From Candidatus Latescibacterota bacterium (GTDB lineage: Bacteria > Latescibacterota > UBA2968): DNA of 64,000 nt. Below are positions 10,828-20,302 of this stretch, in pieces (position 1 is the stretch's first letter; each line of letters opens with the position of its first letter). The notes below the pieces were generated by a model. That model was not told where the DNA came from and made no database searches. It worked only from the letters and a program-made list of their open reading frames with translations. Position numbers and translations under genes: made by a program. Where the stretch lies: the NCBI GenBank assembly GCA_965222605.1, contig OZ244960.1, forward strand, positions 1,216,001 to 1,280,000. Reading direction: 5' to 3'.

Positions 10828-11937
10828 ATGGCTGACCAGACTGCTAAGACAAACACTGTGGAAGAGGAAATAGAGGGTCTTGATGACAATGAAGACGAGG
10901 CGTGGAAAGACTATCCAATAGACACGCTACTAATTCGAAACGAGAATCGCACAATTTATGAGGTTCTACGAAGAATCGGGCAGAATGCTTATATCATGGA
11001 CCCGGACTTTCAAAGAGATTTTATCTGGCCGGAAGACAAACAGAGCAAACTCATTGAGTCCGTACTGATGCGGGTCCCCCTCCCGGTTTTCTATTTGGCT
11101 GAGGACGATCAAGGGCGCATGGTAGTCGTAGATGGATTGCAACGCCTTTCGACATTCAAGCGTTTCGTCAATGGCGATTTGTGCTTAACCCTTCCGAGCC
11201 AGGAAGAATTGCACAACAAGCGATTCGGCGATCTATCCCCCAAGCTCAAAAACCGTGTCGAAGACTGCAATCTGATCTTTTACATTATGGACGCTAAAGT
11301 ACCAGATCGGGCCCGATTGGACATATTCGAGCGCGTAAATGGCGGGGTTCCTCTTACCCGGCAACAAATGCGCAATAGCTTGTACATGGGCGCGGCGACC
11401 CGTTTTCTCAAAACTGAGGCAGGTACGAATATTTTTTTGAACGCCACAGGACGTAGCCTGAATAAGGATACGATGCGAGATCGAGAGTTTGTCAATCGAT
11501 TTTGTGCGTTCCAACTTCTCGACCTTGATGAATACAAGGGAAATATGGATGATTTTCTCGCACAAGTACTAAAAAAAATGAACGATATGACACAGGAAGC
11601 CTTATCACGTCTATCAAAGGAATTTCGGAGAGGTCTTGCAAACAATCACAAAATTTTCGGCATACATGCTTTCAGAAAACACAGCAGTGGACAGGAAAAA
11701 CGCGGTGTACTCAATGCTTCGCTTTGGGATGTGATGTCAACCGGATTGTCGCGCTACCCGGAAAAAGTAGTAGAATCCCGTATGGAGGCCCTTAAAAATA
11801 AGTTTTATCCCTTAATGGACGACGAGGAGTTCGTTGCATCCATCACTTATGGCCCCAGTAGTACGGGAAAAGTTAGACGCCGGTTTAGCATTGCCAACGA
11901 GATGTTTGAGGAGGTGTTCTGTGCTCACACAACTTGA
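10828..11937 (+). CDS. DUF262 (GmrS-like, ParB/Srx fold) protein
   Basis: PDFQRDFIW, SKLIES, VVDGLQRLST, IFERVNGG. Confidence 0.9.
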   Translation: MADQTAKTNTVEEEIEGLDDNEDEAWKDYPIDTLLIRNENRTIYEVLRRIGQNAYIMDPDFQRDFIWPEDKQSKLIESVLMRVPLPVFYLAEDDQGRMVVVDGLQRLSTFKRFVNGDLCLTLPSQEELHNKRFGDLSPKLKNRVEDCNLIFYIMDAKVPDRARLDIFERVNGGVPLTRQQMRNSLYMGAATRFLKTEAGTNIFLNATGRSLNKDTMRDREFVNRFCAFQLLDLDEYKGNMDDFLAQVLKKMNDMTQEALSRLSKEFRRGLANNHKIFGIHAFRKHSSGQEKRGVLNASLWDVMSTGLSRYPEKVVESRMEALKNKFYPLMDDEEFVASITYGPSSTGKVRRRFSIANEMFEEVFCAHTT

Positions 11938-12280
11938 TTTGCGGCATTTCAAGTGTTTTGAATTGCTTCATCTTCCGTTGCGTTCGCTGACGTTATTGGC
12001 GGGTACCAATGCGAAGGGAGAACGCACTGCCGAGGGACATAAAATCTATCAGAAGCACTTCGCTGGTCAACGCGCATGGTTTTCCGATTCATCAGATACT
12101 GAGAAGCGCGATTTCCAAAACAATCTGACCTTTCTCCTGAACGACGGGACCTCGTTATTTTGTCCATGGCATGGGAAGGTGAATTTTCACCCTCCACTCC
12201 GCATTCATTTTTCGTGGCCCGTAACAGCGGTTGATCCATTGTATATAGTGTATGTTGGCCCTAAACTCACACTACAATAA
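11921..12280 (+). pseudogene. In-frame deletion chimera: first ~31 aa of an ABC/AAA_21 ATPase fused to the C-terminus of a downstream putative nuclease gene
   Basis: GTG 11921 after GAGGAGG: MLTQLDLRHFKCFELLHLPLRSLTLLAGTNA breaks off inside Walker A (GxNxxGKS expected) and continues as ...FSDSSDTEK...FCPWHGK...RIHFSWP...YIVYVGPKL. Confidence 0.7.
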
Positions 12281-12377
12281 TGGTAACCAAACTCCTTTCT
12301 CGCAACTCAGTCTGCCGCGCATGGTCGTCGTGCAACCAATGTGTTGTAACGTAATCCCTACCATTGGAGAAAACACT

Positions 12378-13976
12378 GTGACAAACCCCAATATCATCGT
12401 CATTCTCGTAGATGACATGGGCTATTCGGATCTCGGTTCTTATGGTGGCGAGATCCGAACGCCCAATCTGGATCGCCTATCGGCAAATGGCCTGCGATTC
12501 ACGCAAAGTTACAACTCTGCCCGCTGTTGTCCTTCGCGGGCTTCCCTGCTCACAGGGCTGTATTCTCATCAGGCTGGAATCGCCAATTTTACGGGAAAAG
12601 ACCAAACCGCCGAATTGGGACCGGCCTATTTGGGTCGGCTAAACAACAACTGCGTGACATTGGCAGAAGTCCTCAAAACCGCGGGCTACAGCACCTATGG
12701 CGTGGGGAAATGGCACGTTGGCGATCAAAGTAACCCAACAGACCGGGGATTTGACGAATACTACGGATTCATCAAAGGCCACAGCGCGCCGCAATGGGAC
12801 CCGTCTTATTATCATCGCTATCCCGAAACTCGAACACCCGAACTTTCTTTTACCGACGATGCATTCTACGCAACAGAAGCATTCAACGATTACGCCGTAG
12901 AATTTATCGATCAGGCACAACAAAAAGACAATCCCTATTTCCTCTACCTCGCCCACTCGGCTCCGCATTTTCCCTTACATGCGCCAGCAGAAACCCGCGA
13001 TTCATATATCGATATTTACCGTCGCGGTTGGGATGTATTGCGCCGTGAACGCTACGCACGCCAGCAGGAATCCGGCATGGCAACAGAAAACTGGCAATTC
13101 ACACCGCGTTCAATTGTCCCCATCGAAGAAAATGATGCCATAGCAAATGGGTATAGCGGCAAACAGAATCCCGCGTGGGAAGATCTATCACATGACCGAC
13201 GAGAGGACCTCGCCTACCGCATGGCGGTCTTTACGGCCATGATCGAGCATATCGATCGCGGCATAGGCAGAATCATTGACCACCTGGAAGAAACAGAAGA
13301 ACTGGACAATACACTCGTCCTATTTACAAGCGACAATGGCGCGTGTTACGAATGGGGACCTTTTGGATTTGACGAGCGCAGCAGATTGGGTGTCACCCAT
13401 CTCCATACAGGAGAGGACCTGAAAAAGATCGGAGGACCGGACACGTATCACTCTGTGGGCAGCGCGTGGTCCTGCTTGAGCAACACACCGCTGCGCATGT
13501 ACAAACACTACAACCACGAAGGCGGAAATTGCAGCCCATTCATCGCCCATTGGCCCGAAGGGATTGTGCAACCCGACCGCTGGGTCCGCACCCCCATGCA
13601 CCTGTTTGACATCATGCCAACCCTGTGCGAAATTACAGAAGCCGAATATCCCGAAACACATAATGGAGAACACATTCACCCGCAAGAAGGGACGAGCCTC
13701 GTACCCCTATTCAACGCCCAAAGCCTGCCCGAACGCAGCCTGTGTTTCGACCACTTTGACGCCAGTGCCATACGCAGGGGAAAATGGAAATTGCTAAAGG
13801 GAAATACCCGATATCCCAACAGAGATTGGGAACTCTACGATATGGAAAAAGACCGCTGTGAAACCAGCGATCTATCAGCAGAACATCCCAAATTGGTAAA
13901 ATCACTCGCGCGAGAATGGACCGAATGGGCCGTACGAGTCAAGGTGCATCCTTATTACAAGGAGGGACCAAAATGA
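12378..13976 (+). CDS. Arylsulfatase (formylglycine-dependent, Cys type)
   Basis: PNIIVILVDDMGY, CCPSRASLLTG, GKWH, SDNG. GTG 12378 after GGAG. Confidence 0.95.
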   Translation: MTNPNIIVILVDDMGYSDLGSYGGEIRTPNLDRLSANGLRFTQSYNSARCCPSRASLLTGLYSHQAGIANFTGKDQTAELGPAYLGRLNNNCVTLAEVLKTAGYSTYGVGKWHVGDQSNPTDRGFDEYYGFIKGHSAPQWDPSYYHRYPETRTPELSFTDDAFYATEAFNDYAVEFIDQAQQKDNPYFLYLAHSAPHFPLHAPAETRDSYIDIYRRGWDVLRRERYARQQESGMATENWQFTPRSIVPIEENDAIANGYSGKQNPAWEDLSHDRREDLAYRMAVFTAMIEHIDRGIGRIIDHLEETEELDNTLVLFTSDNGACYEWGPFGFDERSRLGVTHLHTGEDLKKIGGPDTYHSVGSAWSCLSNTPLRMYKHYNHEGGNCSPFIAHWPEGIVQPDRWVRTPMHLFDIMPTLCEITEAEYPETHNGEHIHPQEGTSLVPLFNAQSLPERSLCFDHFDASAIRRGKWKLLKGNTRYPNRDWELYDMEKDRCETSDLSAEHPKLVKSLAREWTEWAVRVKVHPYYKEGPK

Positions 13977-15271
13977 ACATAACCCAATTTACAATGGAAG
14001 AGGTGCGTTGTTTTGCCGAACGTCAGCAATTTGACATTCGGCCTCTAACTTTCCTGGTCGGAGAAAACAGCACTGGCAAGACAACAGCACTGGCGTGTTT
14101 TCAGGTGTTGGCAAATTATTTGAAAAGTGGAGAAGTCGATTTCAATTCAGAGCCTTACTCAATGGGCATCTTTCGGGATATTGTGAGAAATAGCAGACCA
14201 AAAGGCAACGCTTTTAAGTTGGGTTTTACTTTTACTGGTGATCAGGAAGATGTCGAATATACCGTTGAATGTGTTCAAAAAAAGGATGGACTTGAGCCTA
14301 CCGTCGAGTCCGTAACAATAAAATTCACCGACGGGGAGATCGTTTTTCAAGTTTTTCAAAAAAAAGAGACATCAGGAAAGGGTATATATTTAGCCTCTTT
14401 TGATGAAGATCGTAATCAATATTATGTAGATGTAGCCTTTTTAGATCAGGTCCCTCTCTCCTTACTTCTAAATTATTGTACTAACATAATAGAACGGCAA
14501 TCTGAGGGCGAAAATCCTTTAGCAGAATATGTACTGAAAAAGTATAAAGATATTGGACGCCTGGGAAACCTCCGCGACATATCCGTATTTAGTACATCAC
14601 CGGTTCGCTCACGACCCAAACGGACTTATGATCCGACACGAGAATTTAATGACCCCGAAGGAAGCGATGTGCCCATGCGACTCATGCGGATACAAACGAT
14701 GAAAAAAAAGGAATGGGAAGACTTGAAACAGCGGTTGGTCGAATTTGGGAAGGGTTCTGGGTTATTTCAGAATATAGAAATTAAAAACTTCGGCGGGTCT
14801 ATGGGGGACCCTTTTCAACTGAAAATCAAGGTAAGAGGGCCTCATGCCAATATCATTGATGTGGGCTATGGTATCAGTCAAATTTTGCCAATTCTGGTGC
14901 ATATTTTAAGTCCTTCTCCTCTTTCTCAATGGCAGAAGACCTACTTCTTATTACAACAGCCTGAAGTCCATCTACACCCAACGGCGCAAGCCCAACTCTC
15001 TTCTTTACTGGCGTCATCTGCAAGCCATGGTGATCAGTCTTTCATCGTTGAAACACATAGCGACTACATGATTGACCGCGCACGCATTGAAATCAGGAAA
15101 GGCACCATCAGCCCCAAAGATGTGTCGTTGATCTATTTGGAACCCAAGAGACGCTTTGTTAAGGTGCATAATATCGGTTTTGATAAGATGGGTAATATGG
15201 TTGGTGTGCCGACGCATTACAGAGGATTTTTCATAAAAGAATACCGTCGGCTCATGGGTTTTGAGGAATAA
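13973..15271 (+). CDS. ABC-type AAA_21/DUF3696-like ATPase
   Basis: Walker A GENSTGKT, signature DVGYGISQ, LLQQPEVHLHP, H-loop VETHS; ATGA overlap with the sulfatase stop. Confidence 0.88.
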   Translation: MNITQFTMEEVRCFAERQQFDIRPLTFLVGENSTGKTTALACFQVLANYLKSGEVDFNSEPYSMGIFRDIVRNSRPKGNAFKLGFTFTGDQEDVEYTVECVQKKDGLEPTVESVTIKFTDGEIVFQVFQKKETSGKGIYLASFDEDRNQYYVDVAFLDQVPLSLLLNYCTNIIERQSEGENPLAEYVLKKYKDIGRLGNLRDISVFSTSPVRSRPKRTYDPTREFNDPEGSDVPMRLMRIQTMKKKEWEDLKQRLVEFGKGSGLFQNIEIKNFGGSMGDPFQLKIKVRGPHANIIDVGYGISQILPILVHILSPSPLSQWQKTYFLLQQPEVHLHPTAQAQLSSLLASSASHGDQSFIVETHSDYMIDRARIEIRKGTISPKDVSLIYLEPKRRFVKVHNIGFDKMGNMVGVPTHYRGFFIKEYRRLMGFEE

Positions 15272-15273
15272 TT

Positions 15274-15695
15274 ATGTGTGTTATTTTGGACGCAATATGT
15301 TTGGCGAATTTAAGGATCAAGACAATGGAGATATGCAACCCGTGTGGAATTGGTTAGAAAAAAAGAATGGCAAAATAGCTTATACCAATACCAGGAAATT
15401 TGATGAAGAATGGGAAAGAGGTGGCGTAACTGATTTGATAAAACTATTGAAACAAGCTGAGAAACTCAAAGAGATACCTGCGCCAGATGTGCAACAAAAA
15501 GAGAATGAACTGACAGGTAAAATAGAATCTGATGACCCGCATATTATTGCATTAGCTATTGTCGCAGACGTAAAAGTACTGGTCTCCAGCGACCGGGCAT
15601 TGCACCAGGACTTTAAGAATCGCAATCTGGTCGGTGGCAAAGTATATCAAAACAAAAAACATGCACGCTTGCTAAAAAAAGATACCTGTCCTTAG
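15274..15695 (+). pseudogene. PIN-domain nuclease with a 1-nt frameshift near codon 8 (real, or a sequencing error)
   Basis: ATG 15274 reads MCVILDA then leaves frame; one extra A in GACGCAATATG restores MCVILDANMFGEF...SDDPHIIALA...VLVSSDRAL, which has PIN acidic motifs. Confidence 0.75.
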
Positions 15696-15701
15696 TTGCC
15701 T

Positions 15702-16748
15702 TCATCTTACTTTCTCAACAAACGGCCACATAAGATCGCTATAGAAACGGTGGCCTGCGGCGCCGTAGTGGTGTTCGATATGGTCGGGCACGCCAGCGAT
15801 CTCGTAGAGACGCGCGATACCTTTGACCGCGCGATCGACTTCGGGCACGGGAAATAGCCTATCCTGTTTCCCATTCACAATACAGAGATGGCGCGGAGCA
15901 ATAAGACCCACAACATCCCAGATCTCACCAAAGCGCAAAATGCCGGGCACCGCATTGCAATCGCAATGGTGAATCAAACCGCTGGCACCCACAAGCGTGC
16001 AAAAAGAACAACTCGGAACAGCAATGGTAACGCGGGGATCAACTGCGGCTACATAACAGGTAATAACCCCACCGCCAGAATTGCCCATAACCAGAATCGT
16101 AGATGTATCGATTTCGGGCATATCCTGTGCCCAATCAATAAGGCGCATCACATCCCACACGCGCTCACCCGTCGCAGTGCGCCCGGCGAGCAAAGCGTGC
16201 ATAAACTGGCTGCGGCAATCGCGGTCGCCGTGGCGCTTGTTAATATCGGGAATAGCTGTGGTACTCGTACCGCGTGCAGCAGGAGCAATGGCGGCAAACC
16301 CGCGCTTGACCGCCTGAACAGCAACATCGCGGTCTTCCGCCTCGATCTTTTTGCGATGATCGTCATCGCTCGCTTTTCCAATATACGTATCCATCCCGTA
16401 TTTATCGTGCCCGTGTGGCAAAACAGCGAGTGGAAAAGGGCCATCGCCCCTGGGTTGGAGATACCAGAACGGCAAACCAAAATGCGGTTCGGTAGTAATA
16501 ACACCCGGCTGCAACGTATAATCGCCCATATCTTGCGCTGCACCGAGTTGCACCTGAATCGTGTGATCGCCCAGAGACGCACCAATACTTTCGAGACCCA
16601 GCATGTGCTGAAGCACCGGACGCGCCTCCTCTTGCCATTGCAGAAAAGATTCGCGATCAGTTGCTCGACACGCGACATAGCGCAGTTCGTCGGTATAAAG
16701 ATAGTCGAGATAGGTGCGAACAGCACCACTGTGTTCGGGATGTTCCAT
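15702..16748 (-). CDS. Alpha/beta hydrolase (dienelactone hydrolase/acetylxylan-esterase-like)
   Basis: PHGH, GERVWD, nucleophile elbow GNSGGG, GKQD, GHRFY. Confidence 0.88.
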   Translation of the reverse strand: MEHPEHSGAVRTYLDYLYTDELRYVACRATDRESFLQWQEEARPVLQHMLGLESIGASLGDHTIQVQLGAAQDMGDYTLQPGVITTEPHFGLPFWYLQPRGDGPFPLAVLPHGHDKYGMDTYIGKASDDDHRKKIEAEDRDVAVQAVKRGFAAIAPAARGTSTTAIPDINKRHGDRDCRSQFMHALLAGRTATGERVWDVMRLIDWAQDMPEIDTSTILVMGNSGGGVITCYVAAVDPRVTIAVPSCSFCTLVGASGLIHHCDCNAVPGILRFGEIWDVVGLIAPRHLCIVNGKQDRLFPVPEVDRAVKGIARLYEIAGVPDHIEHHYGAAGHRFYSDLMWPFVEKVR

Positions 16749-16773
16749 ATTGAATACCTTTCAAGGAAAAAAA

Positions 16774-17538
16774 ATGGCAGACACACTGCGTGAAGTACTG
16801 GATTTTGCAACAGATGCCGCCTGGCAAGCCGGACGGATCACGCTGCGATATTTTCAGACCGGCGTCGAGGTAGAAGAAAAGGCCGATGAAACACCTGTAA
16901 CGGCTGCAGACAGAGGGGCCGAGACAAAATTGCGAGAATTGATTGAAGCGCGTTTTCCCAACGACGGCATTGTGGGAGAAGAGCACGGAGAGAAAAAAGG
17001 AACAACCGGACGGCGATGGATTTTAGACCCCATTGACGGCACAAAATCATTTGTACACGGCGTACCGCTCTACGGAGTACTGGTCGGCGTGGAGGTCGAG
17101 GACGAACCCGCCGTTGGCGTCGTTCATTTTCCAGCACTAAATGAAATGATTTGTGCTGCCAAAGGATTGGGTTGCACGTGGAATGGTCGCCCCGCGAGGG
17201 TATCTGATATATCGGATATCCGGGACGCGACCGTGATCTTGACCTCTCCTGTGCATAAACACGGCCGAGACGAAGCCATGAACCGGATTTGCTCACGCGC
17301 CAAACTCGTGCGCGGCTGGGGCGATTGTTATGGTTACATGCTCGTCGCAACCGGGCGTGCAGAAATCATGCTCGACCCTATTATGAACGTATGGGATTGC
17401 GCCGCCCTCGCACCCATCTTAGAAGAAGCGGGCGGCACATTCACAACGTGGAGCGGCGAAGCGACCATCTGGGGCAACGAGGCCGTGGGCACAAATGGGG
17501 CGTTATTTGAAGAAGTGATGGCCTTGATAAAGGGTTGA
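16774..17538 (+). CDS. hisN: Histidinol-phosphatase / inositol monophosphatase family
   Basis: PVTAAD, GEE, WILDPIDGTKSF, RGWGDCYGY, WDCAAL. Confidence 0.8.
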   Translation: MADTLREVLDFATDAAWQAGRITLRYFQTGVEVEEKADETPVTAADRGAETKLRELIEARFPNDGIVGEEHGEKKGTTGRRWILDPIDGTKSFVHGVPLYGVLVGVEVEDEPAVGVVHFPALNEMICAAKGLGCTWNGRPARVSDISDIRDATVILTSPVHKHGRDEAMNRICSRAKLVRGWGDCYGYMLVATGRAEIMLDPIMNVWDCAALAPILEEAGGTFTTWSGEATIWGNEAVGTNGALFEEVMALIKG

Positions 17539-17543
17539 TCGTT

Positions 17544-18743
17544 TTACCCCGCAAATATCGAGCGATTCGATATGCCGCAGATATAATCTTCGCGCATGAA
17601 TCCAGGCACAAATTGGGCGGTTCGACCAGAAGGTGCCACGCCTGTATAGTAGCCCGAGAATTGTTCATTAAAAGTAGTCAAACGATCGCGCGAAGCCTCA
17701 CTACTTTCCGCAGCGACAATGTACGCATTATTAAAAACTCCATTTTCTTTTAGCCCTGTGCCGCCTGCTGCTTTGATATAACCATCAACCGTATTGAGAA
17801 TAGCGTCTGCATCATCGCCGCCAACGCCGCTTACGAGCACCTCGGATACCCCCTGTCGCCGAATGGCCGTCCATGTACTGAAACCATCGACTATATCTCC
17901 CGAGCGATCAAGGGCGACATCGCCAGTGACACAGCGCGGTTGGGGTTCAACAATGCCATCGAGATTGGGAATGCGCGAGACCGGATAAATTCTACCGGCG
18001 GGACGGTGGTCGCCAAAATAATCGGCAATTACTTCGCGCACGGTTTCAATGCGCGTCCAGGTTGCCGAAGGATTGTCATCAATCGCGACCAGAACCTCGA
18101 GATACGCGGTTTGCGTTTTGAAATCCACATTGTCAGCCGCGAGCTTTTTTTCGTACTGTTCTACGAGCACAAACTCCATCTCTTGTTTGAGATCGTCGCC
18201 GAGTGTCGTAACAGTATTGCCTCCGGCATCGGTGTGCATCACCGACGCGCCACTGGGTTGGTGATCGGTCCACGCACCGTATTCGATCTTCCCATCGCCA
18301 AAGGAAATATCCTCGCCTTTGACCGCTTTAATTTCCACCTCAAAAAGTGCCCTGGGATCTGGAAATCCTTCTCCATGGGTAAAACGCGCCATGCGATTGG
18401 ATTTGAGTTCGCACCCCGTCACAGCATCAATCATAGAGCCATATACGGCATTAAACGCATCTCGGTAAGCCTCGCAGTCGTCACGGCTATCGGATGGCGT
18501 CGTCCACAGGACATCGGTTTTGTACACATCACCCCAATTCGCGCCTCCGCGAGCAAGACCCAGACTCAGGTTTTCAATAGTGCCAAACCACTCTGATCCG
18601 AGTTCATTGGGATACTGCGTACCCACATTGCCGCTGGGTTCAACGAGACGCACGACCTGATCGTCGTCATAGGTCATAACGACTTCGGCTGTGCTACAAA
18701 AAATGGGAATGGGCTTGTGACGGATGATATTGACGCTTGCCAT
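17544..18743 (-). CDS. Protein with three tandem, divergent RidA/YjgF/UK114-like domains
   Basis: Domain 1 ENLSLGLARGGANWGDVYKTDVL..AFNAVY..ARFT..PRALFEVEIKA; domain 2 VREVIADYFGDHRPAGRIYPVSRIP..IVE; domain 3 FNEQFSGYYTGVAPSGRTAQFV. RBS AAAGGA before ATG 18743. Confidence 0.6.
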   Translation of the reverse strand: MASVNIIRHKPIPIFCSTAEVVMTYDDDQVVRLVEPSGNVGTQYPNELGSEWFGTIENLSLGLARGGANWGDVYKTDVLWTTPSDSRDDCEAYRDAFNAVYGSMIDAVTGCELKSNRMARFTHGEGFPDPRALFEVEIKAVKGEDISFGDGKIEYGAWTDHQPSGASVMHTDAGGNTVTTLGDDLKQEMEFVLVEQYEKKLAADNVDFKTQTAYLEVLVAIDDNPSATWTRIETVREVIADYFGDHRPAGRIYPVSRIPNLDGIVEPQPRCVTGDVALDRSGDIVDGFSTWTAIRRQGVSEVLVSGVGGDDADAILNTVDGYIKAAGGTGLKENGVFNNAYIVAAESSEASRDRLTTFNEQFSGYYTGVAPSGRTAQFVPGFMREDYICGISNRSIFAG

Positions 18744-18767
18744 AGTGAGAAATCCTTTGTGTTGGGG

Positions 18768-19475
18768 TTACCAGATATCGCTGAGATCCAATACAAATCC
18801 CGGTAAAATGGGATCGGCGGATAGAGAATTGGGATTTTCGAGGACTTCAACAGGTACCTGCGAGCGGTAAATATAGACGGTTTTTTGCGGTGGCACAATG
18901 AGCCAGCCGAGTTGCAGACCGTTTTCGATATACTCTTCCATTTTCTCTTTTAAGACGGGAATACGGTCAGAGGGCGATTTGAGTTCAATAATAAAATCTG
19001 GACAAAGGGGCAGAAAACGCTCTTGTTCCCTATCGGTCAATTCATCGTAACGCCACCGCAACACCCACGAGGCATCCGGTGATCGAGTGGCCGTATTGGG
19101 CAAATAAAATCCGGTCGAAGAATCAAATGCAATGCCCGTGCCATCTCGTTTTGCCCATAAATGCAACTGCGTTGTAAGCTCTGCATTTCGATTGCCCGTT
19201 GCTCCTCCGGCTGGTGGCATAATGAGTATTTCCCCTTCTGCATTGCGCTCAATACGCACATCGTGGGTGCGCTGGCAAAATACAAAGAATTGATCTTCTG
19301 TCATATCGATAAAAGGCGTTACATTGGTCTCCATTGTCGATGCCTCTGATGGTATAAGAACGATCTCGCTATCTGCATTGCACGCAATACGCATCTCGCC
19401 ATTGTGCTCCCAGATTTGAAAAAATTGATCTTCTGTGAGTTCCAGAACGGGCTTTGTGTCGAGTGTGGTTGCCAT
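18768..19475 (-). CDS. Uma2/DUF820 family endonuclease with duplicated N-terminal segment
   Basis: FDSSTGF, RSPDASW, CPDFIIELKSPSD, KMEEY, LGWLI. ATG 19475 after GGAGG. Confidence 0.92.
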   Translation of the reverse strand: MATTLDTKPVLELTEDQFFQIWEHNGEMRIACNADSEIVLIPSEASTMETNVTPFIDMTEDQFFVFCQRTHDVRIERNAEGEILIMPPAGGATGNRNAELTTQLHLWAKRDGTGIAFDSSTGFYLPNTATRSPDASWVLRWRYDELTDREQERFLPLCPDFIIELKSPSDRIPVLKEKMEEYIENGLQLGWLIVPPQKTVYIYRSQVPVEVLENPNSLSADPILPGFVLDLSDIW

Positions 19476-19549
19476 TGTAAATACCTCCAGTGTGCTCTCT
19501 TTTCCAAAAGATAGAGCCAAAAATACGCGATGTCAATGTACGCGGAAGA

Positions 19550-20302
19550 TCAGCCACCTTTAGATTGAAAAAACGCCCGCGCTTTGGCGAGAGATTCGCG
19601 ATTGCCAATATCGAGAACGCCGCCTTCAATATTGTACGCATAAACGGTTTCGCATGCGTGCAACCACTCCAAAAAATGCCCGGGCGCATCGGGATTGCCT
19701 CCGTTATCGACGTATTCTTTGAAACGGGGCAGTATCGAAGCAGGATAAATATAAACGGGCGATGCCGACCACTCGGATATGGGTCTATCGGGTTTTTCAA
19801 TAAATTGCAAAACGCGATTATCTTCGTCTAACTGGACATTGCCCCTGCGCTTGCGGTCATCGTAGTCGGGATTGTGGCGCACAGCAATATGAGATGCGGG
19901 ATTGGATTTGAATGTATTGACCAATTTTTGGAGAGAAAACAGCAGAATATTATCCGCAGCGAGAACGAGAACATCGTCGGCAATATCGCGCGCTTCAATC
20001 GCAAACTGGATATCGCCCACAGCACCCAAACGGTCGTCGTTGGACGTCGTACCATCGTCGAGTATCTCAGTCTCCAACCCTGTATGTATCGCTCTATTTG
20101 CACGCGCCCAATCGGCAAAGCGCCCGTAAAACCGGTGATTGGTCACCACATAAGCACCATCGATATCTGCAATAGTTTTAATCTGTTCAATCAGATGATC
20201 GAGAATCGTCTTGCCACCCACTTCGAGCAGAGGCTTGGGAAAGTTTTTGGTGAGAGGATACAGCCGCGTGGCGTATCCCGCCGCGAGAATAATAGCTTTC
20301 AC
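19550..20302 (-). CDS. Sugar-1-phosphate nucleotidyltransferase
   Basis: ILAAGYATRLYPLT..PKPLL, LAADN, EKP, DIG; start overlaps the stop of the upstream kinase. Confidence 0.92.
   Translation of the reverse strand: MKAIILAAGYATRLYPLTKNFPKPLLEVGGKTILDHLIEQIKTIADIDGAYVVTNHRFYGRFADWARANRAIHTGLETEILDDGTTSNDDRLGAVGDIQFAIEARDIADDVLVLAADNILLFSLQKLVNTFKSNPASHIAVRHNPDYDDRKRRGNVQLDEDNRVLQFIEKPDRPISEWSASPVYIYPASILPRFKEYVDNGGNPDAPGHFLEWLHACETVYAYNIEGGVLDIGNRESLAKARAFFQSKGG

Noticed and set aside
12252-12377. N-terminal extension of the sulfatase
   Set aside because: Overlaps the upstream gene and is not a signal peptide; GTG 12378 has an RBS and directly precedes the conserved PNII motif.
15888-16793. 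301-aa plus-strand ORF
   Set aside because: Antisense to the alpha/beta hydrolase; no family features.
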